The notes below the pieces were generated by a model that worked only from the letters and a program-made list of their open reading frames with translations, was not told where the DNA came from and did no database searches. The position numbers and the translations under genes were made by a program. Positions 1-9,248 of a DNA stretch of 39,636 bases are shown piece after piece. The DNA comes from Waddliaceae bacterium (lineage in GTDB: Bacteria > Chlamydiota > Chlamydiia > Chlamydiales > SLOH01). Positions within the stretch are counted from its first letter, which is position 1; each line of letters starts with the position of its first letter. The stretch covers positions 1 through 39,636 of the forward strand of contig JBBDJA010000007.1 in the NCBI GenBank assembly GCA_040880105.1, given 5' to 3'.

Positions 1-1102
1 CTTCCGCTCGAAGGTTCCTCGTAAAACTAAGACCCTAAAGGCGCGGACTAAAACAGTCACTAAAACAGGCAAGGGTGAGGGCAAAAAAGAGCGGATATTG
101 CCCATCAAAATGATCAAGGATACAGCCCATCAATTTCAGCGAAGAAATCCTGAAATGAAGGCAGCTGTTCTAGTTCTACTTCGTGAACAGATCAAACCCG
201 GAGACACCAAAGAGGAGATTCTTGCAAAGCTTAAAGATTTCTATGACGATGTCTTTTTACAAGATGAAGCTCTAGAGTTCCTACTGGAAACAACTAAAGG
301 TGAACTTCATGAAAAGATCAAACAGATCAAAGATGAAGTTAACAGTGAAAATGAACGTGAGATCATTGCCGGTAGAAACATCAGTCAGCAAGCGCGAACC
401 GCTTCTGACAAAGGACTTGGAACCCCTACCACTTTAAGAGACATGTACCGCGATATCACAGGAAATCCACGGGACTCCAATACACTTTTTGACGAGCTTT
501 CTTCTCAATATGAGTTTAGTCAACTCGAAAAAGTGATGAAGTTTCTTCTTCACTCTCTTGGGTCTGATATGAAGGCAAAAGGCCCCTCTATCCCTCGCGG
601 TCAACTTCACAGACTTATTACAGAAACGAGATCTTTACAAGCCATACTTGGTGTCTATAAGTTCTTTAAAGGAAGAATGGGTCTTGTGACTAAAATGTTT
701 GAAAAGGGAGGTCTCACAGTTCCAAAACAGCTCAATTTCGAAAATATGGCCAAACAATTTATGTCACTTGTTAGGGAGCGCTACCCTTCATCTGATAAAG
801 TGATGCAAGGCGCTAAGAGGCTTGGGATTGAAGATGGTGTCTTACCTAAAATTGTCGCTTTTTCCCAATTCCGTGACTCAGTGCGTGAACTCTCAATGAG
901 CCAAATCTTTAAAAATCTTCAACACCGCGATCAAGTCTTTATGGCGCTAATCGAAGCACTTGAGGAACTTGAGGATGAGTATGAAGAGATCGACATGGAA
1001 GAGGATGAAGATTTAGATATAGAGGAAGATGAGGATTTAGAAATCAAGGACAGTGGCGGCGATGATGTCATAAATAGTAGTGAAAGCAAAGAGGAGATGT
1101 AA
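1..1102 (+). CDS. copN: Type III secretion gatekeeper CopN (SctW/YopN family), 5'-truncated by the window edge
   Basis: Frame is open from base 2. Chlamydial CopN-like motifs (LRDMYRDITGNPRDSNTLF, FLLHSLGSDMKAKGPSIPRGQL), acidic C-terminal tail, followed directly by a SycE-like chaperone. Confidence 0.85.
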   Translation, partial: FRSKVPRKTKTLKARTKTVTKTGKGEGKKERILPIKMIKDTAHQFQRRNPEMKAAVLVLLREQIKPGDTKEEILAKLKDFYDDVFLQDEALEFLLETTKGELHEKIKQIKDEVNSENEREIIAGRNISQQARTASDKGLGTPTTLRDMYRDITGNPRDSNTLFDELSSQYEFSQLEKVMKFLLHSLGSDMKAKGPSIPRGQLHRLITETRSLQAILGVYKFFKGRMGLVTKMFEKGGLTVPKQLNFENMAKQFMSLVRERYPSSDKVMQGAKRLGIEDGVLPKIVAFSQFRDSVRELSMSQIFKNLQHRDQVFMALIEALEELEDEYEEIDMEEDEDLDIEEDEDLEIKDSGGDDVINSSESKEEM

Positions 1103-1105
1103 AAG

Positions 1106-1579
1106 ATGGTCGCAAATTTTTATGAAGCACTCTTAACCGAACTATCTGAAGCCCTTGAGATCGAGAAACTTATACCTGACGAAAACAACTCTTGTTTGAT
1201 TAGATTTAAAAATGGTCTTGAGATTCAAATCGAACCGCAAGTGAATGGGGAGTCTCTTGTAATATCTGCCCCGCTTGGCGAGGTTCCTCCTGGAAAATAC
1301 AGAGAAGATGTCTTTAGAGAAGCCCTCAAAGCAAATGCAACCCCTTATCCTCGACAAGGAACCTTTGGCTACAGCCTTGACACAAACCAACTCATTCTTT
1401 TTAAACTAATGCCCTTCAAAGACCTTACCGGCGATAAAGTCGCAGCATATCTCAATCCCTTTATGGAAAAAGCGATCAAATGGCGGGAGATGCTTGAGAA
1501 AGGCGAGGTTCCCCACATCATTGTAAATCATAAATCAAAGTCTTCTTCACCCTTTGGCATGTTCGGCGGATTGACTTAA
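1106..1579 (+). CDS. scc1: Class I T3SS chaperone Scc1 (CesT/SycE-like)
   Basis: 157 aa with PDENNSCLI and LGEVPPGKYREDVFREALKAN motifs; directly downstream of copN as in the chlamydial copN-scc1 locus. Confidence 0.85.
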   Translation: MVANFYEALLTELSEALEIEKLIPDENNSCLIRFKNGLEIQIEPQVNGESLVISAPLGEVPPGKYREDVFREALKANATPYPRQGTFGYSLDTNQLILFKLMPFKDLTGDKVAAYLNPFMEKAIKWREMLEKGEVPHIIVNHKSKSSSPFGMFGGLT

Positions 1580-1607
1580 AACTGTCAAATAGTTGAGAGT
1601 GTGACAT

Positions 1608-2906
1608 ATGGCGTATGAGAAGGTTATCATCATCGGCGGTGGATTTGCAGGAATTAATGTCGCAAAGAAATTGAAACGTGCGCACTTGGAGATCACCTTA
1701 ATAGATAGACGCAACCACCACCTCTTTCAACCCCTGCTCTATCAAGTGGCAACAGCCGCCCTGGCCCCAAGAGATATTGCCTACCCAATACGAGAAATTC
1801 TCAAAAAACAGAAAAATACAACTGTCATGATGAATGAGGTTGTTTCGATCAATACGAAAGCCAAAAAAGTCCACCTCTCAACAGATATTGCGCTACAATA
1901 CGACTACTTAGTCATTGCCCCCGGATCTAGTCACTCATATTTTGGCCATGATGAATGGCACACATATGCCCCTGGACTCAAAACACTTTCCAATGCGATT
2001 GACATCCGTGAAAAGATCCTTTTAGCCTTTGAAAAAGCAGAAGTTTGCGATAGCCTACAAGAGTCTCAAAAGTTCCTTCGGTTCGTCATAGTCGGAGGCG
2101 GTCCAACAGGTGTCGAGTTGGCAGGCGCGATTGCTGAAATTGCCCACAAAACAATGCTAAAAAACTTTCGACGTATCGATACGAATAATACTGAAATCTA
2201 TCTGATCGAAGGAAACTCCCATATTCTAAAAGCATATCCCGAGCCTCTCTCCTTAAAGGCAAGAGAGTATCTTGTGGATCTTGGGGTCAAGGTTCTGACA
2301 GACACTCGTGTGCAGGAAATTACATCGAAAGGGGTTCAATTCGGGGATCATTTTTTAGAAACAGAAAATGTCTTTTGGGCTGCCGGTGTCCATGCCTCTC
2401 CTCTACTTGAAACCATCGGTGCTGAGCTTGATCGCGCAGGCAGGGTCCTTGTTGAGCCAGATCTTTCTATTAAAGATCACCCCAACACCTTTGTAATCGG
2501 CGACGCCGCATCCGTAAAGGGTGAAGATGGCAGCCCCCTTCCCGGCCTTGCGCAAGTCGCGATGCAACAAGGAAAATACGTTGCCAACCTAATCAATAAA
2601 AGGCTCTTACCGGAAGCCAGAAAACAGTTTGTTTATAATGACCGAGGCTCTATGGCGACAATCGGAGAGGCGCGCGCTGTTGCTTGGGTAAAGGGACGTC
2701 AAATCGTTGGATTAAAGGCGTGGCTTCTCTGGTCGGTAATCCACGTCATGTACTTGGTTGGTTTTCGAAATCGCCTAGTGGTCACATCCGAATGGTTCTT
2801 CTGGTATCTATTCGGACAGAGAGGCTCACGTCTGATTTTCGGTTCCTTTAAGAAGTTTAAAGAAAAGAAGGAGCAGCTTTTAGGAAAAAAGATGAAAATG
2901 GATTAA
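1608..2906 (+). CDS. ndh: Type II NADH:quinone oxidoreductase
   Basis: Two Rossmann motifs (IIGGGFAG, IVGGGPTGVELAG), HLFQPLLYQVAT, C-terminal amphipathic membrane anchor. Confidence 0.92.
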   Translation: MAYEKVIIIGGGFAGINVAKKLKRAHLEITLIDRRNHHLFQPLLYQVATAALAPRDIAYPIREILKKQKNTTVMMNEVVSINTKAKKVHLSTDIALQYDYLVIAPGSSHSYFGHDEWHTYAPGLKTLSNAIDIREKILLAFEKAEVCDSLQESQKFLRFVIVGGGPTGVELAGAIAEIAHKTMLKNFRRIDTNNTEIYLIEGNSHILKAYPEPLSLKAREYLVDLGVKVLTDTRVQEITSKGVQFGDHFLETENVFWAAGVHASPLLETIGAELDRAGRVLVEPDLSIKDHPNTFVIGDAASVKGEDGSPLPGLAQVAMQQGKYVANLINKRLLPEARKQFVYNDRGSMATIGEARAVAWVKGRQIVGLKAWLLWSVIHVMYLVGFRNRLVVTSEWFFWYLFGQRGSRLIFGSFKKFKEKKEQLLGKKMKMD

Positions 2907-2935
2907 AGCGATTAAGAAAAAAGTCTCTTTTGACT

Positions 2936-3397
2936 CTACAAACGGTTTAACTCAAAGAACTTATCTTTCCAATAGTATTGATCGAGTAGACCTGAGGTCT
3001 CTCTTTCGAGCAGATGATAAGCAATATAAATTGCCTCAATGGAGGCAAGTCCACGCTCCGGATCAATACAGTCATCTTGTCTTCGAGGATACGCCGTAAC
3101 AAAGTGCGATGGGATGCTTCGCCTAATCATCAGCTCTGGATTTGGCACCTGACGCATCATTTTTTCCGCATGCCGCCAAGTTGCATCCAGAATAAAAAGT
3201 CCTCGTGCACAATCTTTTTTAGAAAGAGGCGGTGCCTCAAGATCAAGAAGTACGTAGCCTTCCATATTAGGGAGCTGCTCACTTGGGTAAGTATAAAACT
3301 CAAAATCTAGTCGATTTTCAAGACCGGAAAGCGAACATTTCCTCAAATTCTCTTTTCTATGTCTCCAAATGATTGTAGGTGGAAATTTCTCTTTCAT
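2936..3397 (-). CDS. TDD-superfamily (Tsr3/DTW, pc1599-like) putative RNA aminocarboxypropyltransferase
   Basis: HRKENLRKCSL, LDATW (DxTW), GLASIEAIYIA and LLDQYYWKDKFFELN motifs; likely start MKEKF at 3397. Confidence 0.7.
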   Translation of the reverse strand: MKEKFPPTIIWRHRKENLRKCSLSGLENRLDFEFYTYPSEQLPNMEGYVLLDLEAPPLSKKDCARGLFILDATWRHAEKMMRQVPNPELMIRRSIPSHFVTAYPRRQDDCIDPERGLASIEAIYIAYHLLERETSGLLDQYYWKDKFFELNRL

Positions 3398-3443
3398 TTT
3401 CAATTTAATTTTTGTAGTCTCTATTATACAACAGGAGACAATT

Positions 3444-4376
3444 ATGCGAATTGGATTTTTACTCTTTCTTTTTTTTAGCACCCTATCGGCCGAACAGGTA
3501 TTAACCGATTATGCAGAAGCGATGAAACAAGTCGAAAGACAAAAATTGCCGGTCGCGATTGCCTTTGTTAAGGAAAATGAACCACTTTCTGCCCAGTTCA
3601 TTAAAGAAACCCTCTCTTCAGAGGCATTTTTAAACGTTCTAAACCATAAAATGATAATCGCAATCGTGGATGTTTCCTCTGAGAAAAATCATAAAGTTCA
3701 AAAAAAGTACGGTATTATCGGCACTCCTGTTGTCGTCCTTCTCGATGATGATCTAGAATTTATTGCCCTTTCCGGCTACAAGTCGGAAAATCCACAAATA
3801 TTTGCCCAAGAACTCTTAAGTACTTTTGCCGAGTACAAACAGTATGAGCTCAAGAGAAAATCAGCTCTTGCCGGGCAAGTTTCCGGAAAGGAACTCAAAC
3901 GTCTGTATCAAAAATCCAATGAACTTTTTCATAAAGAAGATGCGATTGCGTTTATTGAAGCAGGAATTAATTCCGATCAGTCGCTTTATTTCTTAACGGA
4001 AAAATACAGAAATATTGTAAAAAATGGGAAGCGCAAATCTCCTGAGGCGCTAGATCTAAGAAAAAAACTTGTCACTCAAGATCCCAATAATGAGCATTTA
4101 ACGCACTATCATATTGCTCTCATTGACTATGAAGATAACTGTAACGATGATCAGTGCCGTGAAAGGCTTGCACCACTTGTTTCCTATCTAGAACATTTTG
4201 GTTCCAGCAATCACAAGTATCATTGGCAGCTCAATTTAATTGTCGCCCAGACTGAGCTAAACAATAAAAACTTTGCCCAAGCGCTGCATTATGCAAAACA
4301 GGCGAAAACACTTGCTCCTTCTGACCAAAAACAAGCGATTCAGGAGTTTGTGGACTCAATTGCAAGCAGTCGATAG
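3444..4376 (+). CDS. Exported thioredoxin-like fold protein (no CxxC) with helical/TPR-like C-terminus
   Basis: RBS AGGAGA before ATG 3444; signal peptide MRIGFLLFLFFSTLSA; DYAEAMKQ and KYGIIGTPVVVLLD thioredoxin-like elements. Confidence 0.6.
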   Translation: MRIGFLLFLFFSTLSAEQVLTDYAEAMKQVERQKLPVAIAFVKENEPLSAQFIKETLSSEAFLNVLNHKMIIAIVDVSSEKNHKVQKKYGIIGTPVVVLLDDDLEFIALSGYKSENPQIFAQELLSTFAEYKQYELKRKSALAGQVSGKELKRLYQKSNELFHKEDAIAFIEAGINSDQSLYFLTEKYRNIVKNGKRKSPEALDLRKKLVTQDPNNEHLTHYHIALIDYEDNCNDDQCRERLAPLVSYLEHFGSSNHKYHWQLNLIVAQTELNNKNFAQALHYAKQAKTLAPSDQKQAIQEFVDSIASSR

Positions 4377-4699
4377 AACTCTTCTTTGATGTCGTGAAAA
4401 TTCGCTTCTTTTGCAAGATGTCGCGGACGGACTATTAAGTCTAATCCGGAGGGAAATTGAATTGTACGGAATATTTCTCGTACAATTCGTTTAAAATAAT
4501 TGCGTTCATGTGACTTTCCAAAGCGCTTAGTCACTGTAATTCCAAGTCTGGCATCACCTTCTTCAGAGTTGACTTGATGAATAATCAAGTACTTCCCACG
4601 AAGAACTTCTCCAAACTTTGCAATTCGAATAAACTCTCGGCGCTTTAGAATACGATGTGATTTCGGAAATTTACACGCGTGTAAGCTGTTTTCTTCCAC
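4340..4699 (-). CDS. rnpA: Ribonuclease P protein component
   Basis: [13 protein letters not shown] and [28 protein letters not shown]; downstream of rpmH. Confidence 0.95.
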   Translation of the reverse strand: MEENSLHACKFPKSHRILKRREFIRIAKFGEVLRGKYLIIHQVNSEEGDARLGITVTKRFGKSHERNYFKRIVREIFRTIQFPSGLDLIVRPRHLAKEANFHDIKEEFYRLLAIESTNS

Positions 4700-4808
4700 G
4701 TCGACGGCGTCTATTTATAATATTGCGACCGGCAGCAGTGGCCATTCTCTTGCGAAATCCGTGCTCTCTACTTCTGCGTCTTCGACTTGGGTTATAGGTA
4801 GGTTTCAT
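4671..4808 (-). CDS. rpmH: 50S ribosomal protein L34 (missed by the ORF track)
   Basis: Manual translation [45 protein letters not shown] (45 aa); RBS GAAGGTG upstream. Confidence 0.97.
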   Translation of the reverse strand: MKPTYNPSRRRRSREHGFRKRMATAAGRNIINRRRRRGRKQLTRV

Positions 4809-4836
4809 TCTGTCACCTTCGATTTAATAGTAAAAA

Positions 4837-4870
4837 TATTATCCTATGAACCTGTTATTTTTCAAGTCAA
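4837..4870 (-). promoter_or_regulatory. Putative sigma66/sigma70 promoter of rpmH-rnpA
   Basis: Minus strand TTGACT-N18-TAGGAT or TTGAAA-N16-GATAAT about 30 nt upstream of rpmH. Confidence 0.35.
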
Positions 4871-4901
4871 AAAATGAGTAAATGTACTGATTGTTGATTA
4901 T

Positions 4902-5229
4902 CGCACCTCTGAACACCTCGGTTTCTAATAAATTTTGTATGATTTTTTTGCTGAAACTTGAAAACACAATCGATCTTAAGGAAGGTCTGATTAACGCTGG
5001 TTAATTAAATTTTGCATGAATTTTTTCTAAAATTCTAAAAAACAATCGAACTTAACTACTTGATAGTTAAGTGAGTGCGTTTTTCTTGAATTTCAGAGAA
5101 AAGGCACAAAATTTAATGAGCTGCGTTAATCAGGGGTTCCTTAACTATCTAATCGTTAGTTCAGTGCATTTTTGTCAAATTTCAAGAATAAGGCGCTAAG
5201 TTTAACAATATGAGCTTTCCAGAGGTTCC
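4902..5229. mobile_element. MITE copy 1 (outer, diverged), interrupted by a nested copy
   Basis: Left end cgcACCTCTGA and right end CAGAGGTTCC followed by TTAG; the two halves rejoin to ~163 bp once the inner copy and one TTAA are removed. Confidence 0.8.
4980..5140. mobile_element. MITE copy 2 (inner, 161 bp) with TTAA target duplication
   Basis: GGAAGGTCTGATTAACGC ... GCGTTAATCAGGGGTTCC terminal inverted repeats; TTAA at 4976-4979 and 5141-5144. Confidence 0.9.
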
Positions 5230-6435
5230 TTAGGTCGATTTTTTTACGACAATTGCGGTAACAGTCTTATCATTGCCGCCCATACTGATCATCATTCCAT
5301 AGGGAGTTTTAATCTCTGCTTGATTGGGAGCAACTCCAATGAGCTGCTCAAAAAGATCAACCATCTGACGCACGCCGCTTGCACCTGTTGGATGTCCAAA
5401 ACCGCTTAACCCCCCGGATAGGTTCACAGGTACTGTCCCTTGCAAAATATACTCCGGCCCTTTGCCTTTAGGAGCAAAACCGATAGCCTCAAAGCCTAAA
5501 ATTGCGGTAATAGTAAAACAGTCATGAAGCTCTAGAAGTGAAAGGTCATCTTTACTGATCGCAGACTTTTGTAACACTTTTTTAACAGCCTGCTCGGTTG
5601 TATCAAAGTGCGTTAAATCAGCCGGATCTTTCGTGATATCACCCTCGGATTCACCAAGAGCGACAATTTCTATTGCCTTTCCTTTATCGATTCCGCATTT
5701 TTTCAGCCCCTCCTCGGAGAGCACTAAAAGAGAAGAGGCACCATCTGTCACTTTTGAGCAGTCGTAACGATTAAGATGAGGAACAAAAAGCCGCGGATCG
5801 GGTTTTGTCATTCCGCAGCTGAAGAGATCTTTTGTTGTATTGTGATACTCTTGCGCTTTTGGATTAAGTCTGGCATTTTGAATCATCTTCTCATACCAAA
5901 GCGCCATTGCTTCCCGTGTCTTCTCATATCCATATTTTTTGTAGTAAGCACCTGCGCGATTTGAAAAAATTCCCGGAAAAAAATAGGCATGTCCCTCTTT
6001 TCTTTCGCGGCTGTAATAGGAGGCGCCGGCTAGAACATCAGCGCCGTAAACGGCTTTTAACGAATTTTGCATCTCAAAACCAGCGACAAAGACAGTGTCG
6101 GAAATTCCGGATAGGACAGAACGCACAGCCATAGAGATGCACCGTCCACCCGTTCCACATGCGCCTTCAATTCCTGTGCATGGTTTGTACAAAAGCTCAG
6201 GAACCATGAAGGGAAGAAATCCGGGCAAGTTAGCTTGGTTAATGAATCGCCCCGGCATAAAGCTACCGATGATTCCCTCATCAATTTCCGGATGGTTAAT
6301 TTGAGCAAGCGTTCCCTTGGCAGTCTCCTTTAAATAAGTCTCAAATGTCGGCATCGGTTTTTTCGGGTTAAATTCCTTTCGTCCAAATCCGAAATACATC
6401 GTATTGTAGCCGGCGGCAACATAGACCTTTTTCAT
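5230..6435 (-). CDS. Thiolase (SCP2-thiolase-like)
   Basis: GIEGACGTGG, LELHDCF and GHPTGASG motifs; start MKKVYV coupled (ATGA) to the upstream gene. Confidence 0.88.
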   Translation of the reverse strand: MKKVYVAAGYNTMYFGFGRKEFNPKKPMPTFETYLKETAKGTLAQINHPEIDEGIIGSFMPGRFINQANLPGFLPFMVPELLYKPCTGIEGACGTGGRCISMAVRSVLSGISDTVFVAGFEMQNSLKAVYGADVLAGASYYSRERKEGHAYFFPGIFSNRAGAYYKKYGYEKTREAMALWYEKMIQNARLNPKAQEYHNTTKDLFSCGMTKPDPRLFVPHLNRYDCSKVTDGASSLLVLSEEGLKKCGIDKGKAIEIVALGESEGDITKDPADLTHFDTTEQAVKKVLQKSAISKDDLSLLELHDCFTITAILGFEAIGFAPKGKGPEYILQGTVPVNLSGGLSGFGHPTGASGVRQMVDLFEQLIGVAPNQAEIKTPYGMMISMGGNDKTVTAIVVKKST

Positions 6436-7586
6436 TCTTGCTCCTTTGGAATCCAAGGGTTGTCTGCCCCATATAGATGATAAAAGCCGGTTTTAAGCAC
6501 AGTATTCACATCCTCTACTGACTCTGCAACCCCTTGCTGAACAAGATGAAAGGCGATTTTTCTTGACTCAAGCAGAAATTGAACCGCAAGCTTTGCCCCG
6601 TTTTCTTTTGATGCAAGTAAGTTCTTAAAATACGACGCAAAATCGATTCCCCTTTTTGCCTCTCTCCATGATTGATGACCTTTTGGAAGAGGGCCTAAGA
6701 ATTCATCTAAACCTTCTACTTCCTTCGGCTCCCATTTTGGCGGTAGGGTGAACTCTTCATTAAGCTGACTATTCATAATTGCGCAAATTTTTACTCCAAC
6801 ATCGTAACCCACATATTCAAGGAGTTGAAATAACCCCATGGGGCGTATTAAGTACTCCCTTGTAACATAGTCGATGATCAGCGGTCCGATCTCTTTGGGA
6901 AGTTCTTTTAATTTATCATTAGCAAACGAGAGCTCGCGGATGAAGTGACCGTTTCCGATAAATCCGGCAACATCTTTCGATCGCACGACTGTTTTTCCAA
7001 GCCATTTTGCAATCTGTTTACCCTCATCTAGTTCACTTCCACCTTCAAGTGTCACAAGCTCAACAAGTGTCTGTACCGGAGGGGGGTTATAAAAATGAAA
7101 GCCTAAAATCCGACCTTGAAGGTTCCCCTTTTGGTTCAATAGATGAATGGGAATAGATGAGGTATTGGAAAGAAATAACGGATTGACAACACTTAGCTTT
7201 TTCACCTGCGACAGTACCTTCGCCTTTATTTCGATATCTTCCACAATGGCCTCGAAAATATGCGTGGAGTTAAAAGCAGCATCCAAATGCGTATGTAAAT
7301 AGACAAGGTCAATTCCCCTCTCAATATACTCTTTGATGACATCATCATTTGCGATTTGATTGGAGCTCTCTCTTAGCCGAACAATATTTTTTTCTGCATA
7401 AGGGCGTAAATGCTCTCGAAAGTAGGGTCTTAAAGTACTCAGTTGCTCCTCATTTGGATCAATCAGGTGTAGAGAACAGTTGCTTTTTTGCATTGCCATT
7501 TGCTGTAAAAGAAGCAGTGCAATCCCCCGCCCCATTTTGCCACCTGCCCCGAGGACCGCTACATTTTCTAGTCGCATGCGCTGCAC
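6432..7586 (-). CDS. 3-hydroxyacyl-CoA dehydrogenase
   Basis: GAGGKMGRGIA, FEAIVEDIEIK, SNTSSIPI, GFHFYNPPPVQTLVEL, GFIGN. Confidence 0.92.
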   Translation of the reverse strand: MQRMRLENVAVLGAGGKMGRGIALLLLQQMAMQKSNCSLHLIDPNEEQLSTLRPYFREHLRPYAEKNIVRLRESSNQIANDDVIKEYIERGIDLVYLHTHLDAAFNSTHIFEAIVEDIEIKAKVLSQVKKLSVVNPLFLSNTSSIPIHLLNQKGNLQGRILGFHFYNPPPVQTLVELVTLEGGSELDEGKQIAKWLGKTVVRSKDVAGFIGNGHFIRELSFANDKLKELPKEIGPLIIDYVTREYLIRPMGLFQLLEYVGYDVGVKICAIMNSQLNEEFTLPPKWEPKEVEGLDEFLGPLPKGHQSWREAKRGIDFASYFKNLLASKENGAKLAVQFLLESRKIAFHLVQQGVAESVEDVNTVLKTGFYHLYGADNPWIPKEQE

Positions 7587-8320
7587 CGTTGATCTTTTTC
7601 TGTAATCGACTGCATTGCCTTTATTCTTTCAGGCGTATCAAAACAACGCAAAAACTCCTTTCTTTCCGCTTGAGGCCCTTTGCCAATCGCACTTTTCCCG
7701 GCTCTTAAGGCAACTTGGGAAAAGGAAGACATTTTTTTTGCTGCATTCACACAGACATCGATCAAAAGATCTTTCGGGCAGGTATGATTGACAAGCCCTC
7801 TTTGAGCAGCTTCTTTAGCTATTATCCTTTGTCCGCTTAACACCATCTCTTTTGCATAGCGCCTCCCAACTGCTTCTTCCAGTCGCTGCGTTCCTCCAAA
7901 TCCCGGAATTAGCCCCAGCTCTATCTCGGGAAAACCAAGTTCTGCAGTATCACTTGCATAGATAAAATCACAGCCAAGAGCAAGTTCAAGCCCAAGACCA
8001 AGCGCATATCCATTCACTGCGGCAATTGTGATAAACGGCGCCTTTTCCAAGTCATCTGCCACTTGATTCCCTAAATTCAAAAACGCGTTGACTTGCCTTT
8101 GATTCATCGAGCTAAGCTCTTTTATATCTGCTCCGGCAGAAAACGCTTTATCCCCGGATCCTGTGAGAATGAGGACTTTTGGCTTAAGCTCACTCGCCGT
8201 GACTTCTAGAAAATAGTGGATCTCTTGAAGTATCGCTGTACTTAACGCATTTAAATGCTCTTCTCGCTTAATTGTCAGAATGGAAATGCCATCTGTCATT
8301 TGATGATTTAAATACTCCAT
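7568..8320 (-). CDS. Enoyl-CoA hydratase (crotonase family)
   Basis: AFSAGADIKE, AAVNGYALGLGLELALGCD, PEIELGLIPGFGGTQRL. Confidence 0.93.
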   Translation of the reverse strand: MEYLNHQMTDGISILTIKREEHLNALSTAILQEIHYFLEVTASELKPKVLILTGSGDKAFSAGADIKELSSMNQRQVNAFLNLGNQVADDLEKAPFITIAAVNGYALGLGLELALGCDFIYASDTAELGFPEIELGLIPGFGGTQRLEEAVGRRYAKEMVLSGQRIIAKEAAQRGLVNHTCPKDLLIDVCVNAAKKMSSFSQVALRAGKSAIGKGPQAERKEFLRCFDTPERIKAMQSITEKDQRCSACD

Positions 8321-8441
8321 AAAGCTCCTAATCTAATACATCCTCACTCTAGAAAAAAAAGAAATAAATCAAAAGCATCGAGATCTCTTTTCAACAAATA
8401 AATGGATAAGTAATGTAAAACTAAAAGTAATTCAGCTCTGC

Positions 8442-9248
8442 ATGAAAGAAAATTCATTTAGACTCGCGCTTAAAAAAGAACAGCCGCTACAACTCCTTGG
8501 CGTGATTAATCCATATATTGCCCTTATGGCTGAGCAAATGGGATATTCTGCTTTATATCTTTCAGGTGCCGGCATTGCGAACTTTTCATATGGACTTCCG
8601 GACATCGGAATCACAACACTTGGGAACGTAATCGAAGATGCGATGCGTATTGTCTCAAGAGTCAGCCTCCCGCTCATCGTCGACATCGATACCGGGTGGG
8701 AAATTGAAGAAACAATCGACTCGATGGTCGAAATTGGCGTTGCGGGTGTACACATTGAAGACCAGCCAAAAGATAAGCGCTGTGGACACCTCCCCGGTAA
8801 AGAGGTGATTTCCATAGAAGAGATGACCTATCGAATTACACTTGCGAAAAACCCGCAGCTTGTTTTAATCGCAAGAACAGATGCGTATGCAATTGAAGGG
8901 CTTGAAGGTGTAATTAAGCGTGGAATCGCCTATAAGAACGCCGGAGCAGAGGTCTTTTTCCCTGAAGCACTTCCCGATCTTGAATCCTTTGAAAGAGTAA
9001 AAAAAGCAGTCAAGCTTCCCATCCTTGCAAACATAACGGAATTTGGCAAGACTCCCCTCTACACATTAAATGATCTTAAAAAATCTGATGTCGATATCGC
9101 TCTATACCCTCTATCTTGCGCCAGAGCCATGAACAAAGCTGCAGAGACTGTAATGAAAGAGATCCTAGAAAAGGGCGAGACTGCCCACCTCGTGAATCAA
9201 ATGCAAACAAGAAGCGAACTCTACAACTATTTAAATTATGAGTATTGA
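8442..9248 (+). CDS. prpB: 2-methylisocitrate lyase
   Basis: YLSGAG, VDIDTGW and [14 protein letters not shown] signature; [10 protein letters not shown]. Confidence 0.93.
   Translation: MKENSFRLALKKEQPLQLLGVINPYIALMAEQMGYSALYLSGAGIANFSYGLPDIGITTLGNVIEDAMRIVSRVSLPLIVDIDTGWEIEETIDSMVEIGVAGVHIEDQPKDKRCGHLPGKEVISIEEMTYRITLAKNPQLVLIARTDAYAIEGLEGVIKRGIAYKNAGAEVFFPEALPDLESFERVKKAVKLPILANITEFGKTPLYTLNDLKKSDVDIALYPLSCARAMNKAAETVMKEILEKGETAHLVNQMQTRSELYNYLNYEY

Noticed and set aside
998..1045. 24-nt tandem duplication in the CopN acidic tail (EEDEDLDI/EEDEDLEI)
   Set aside because: Ordinary low-complexity slippage
4902..5229. CRISPR array or ncRNA interpretation of the repeated palindromic sequence
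   Set aside because: No regularly spaced short repeats with unique spacers and no cas genes; TIRs plus target duplications fit a MITE
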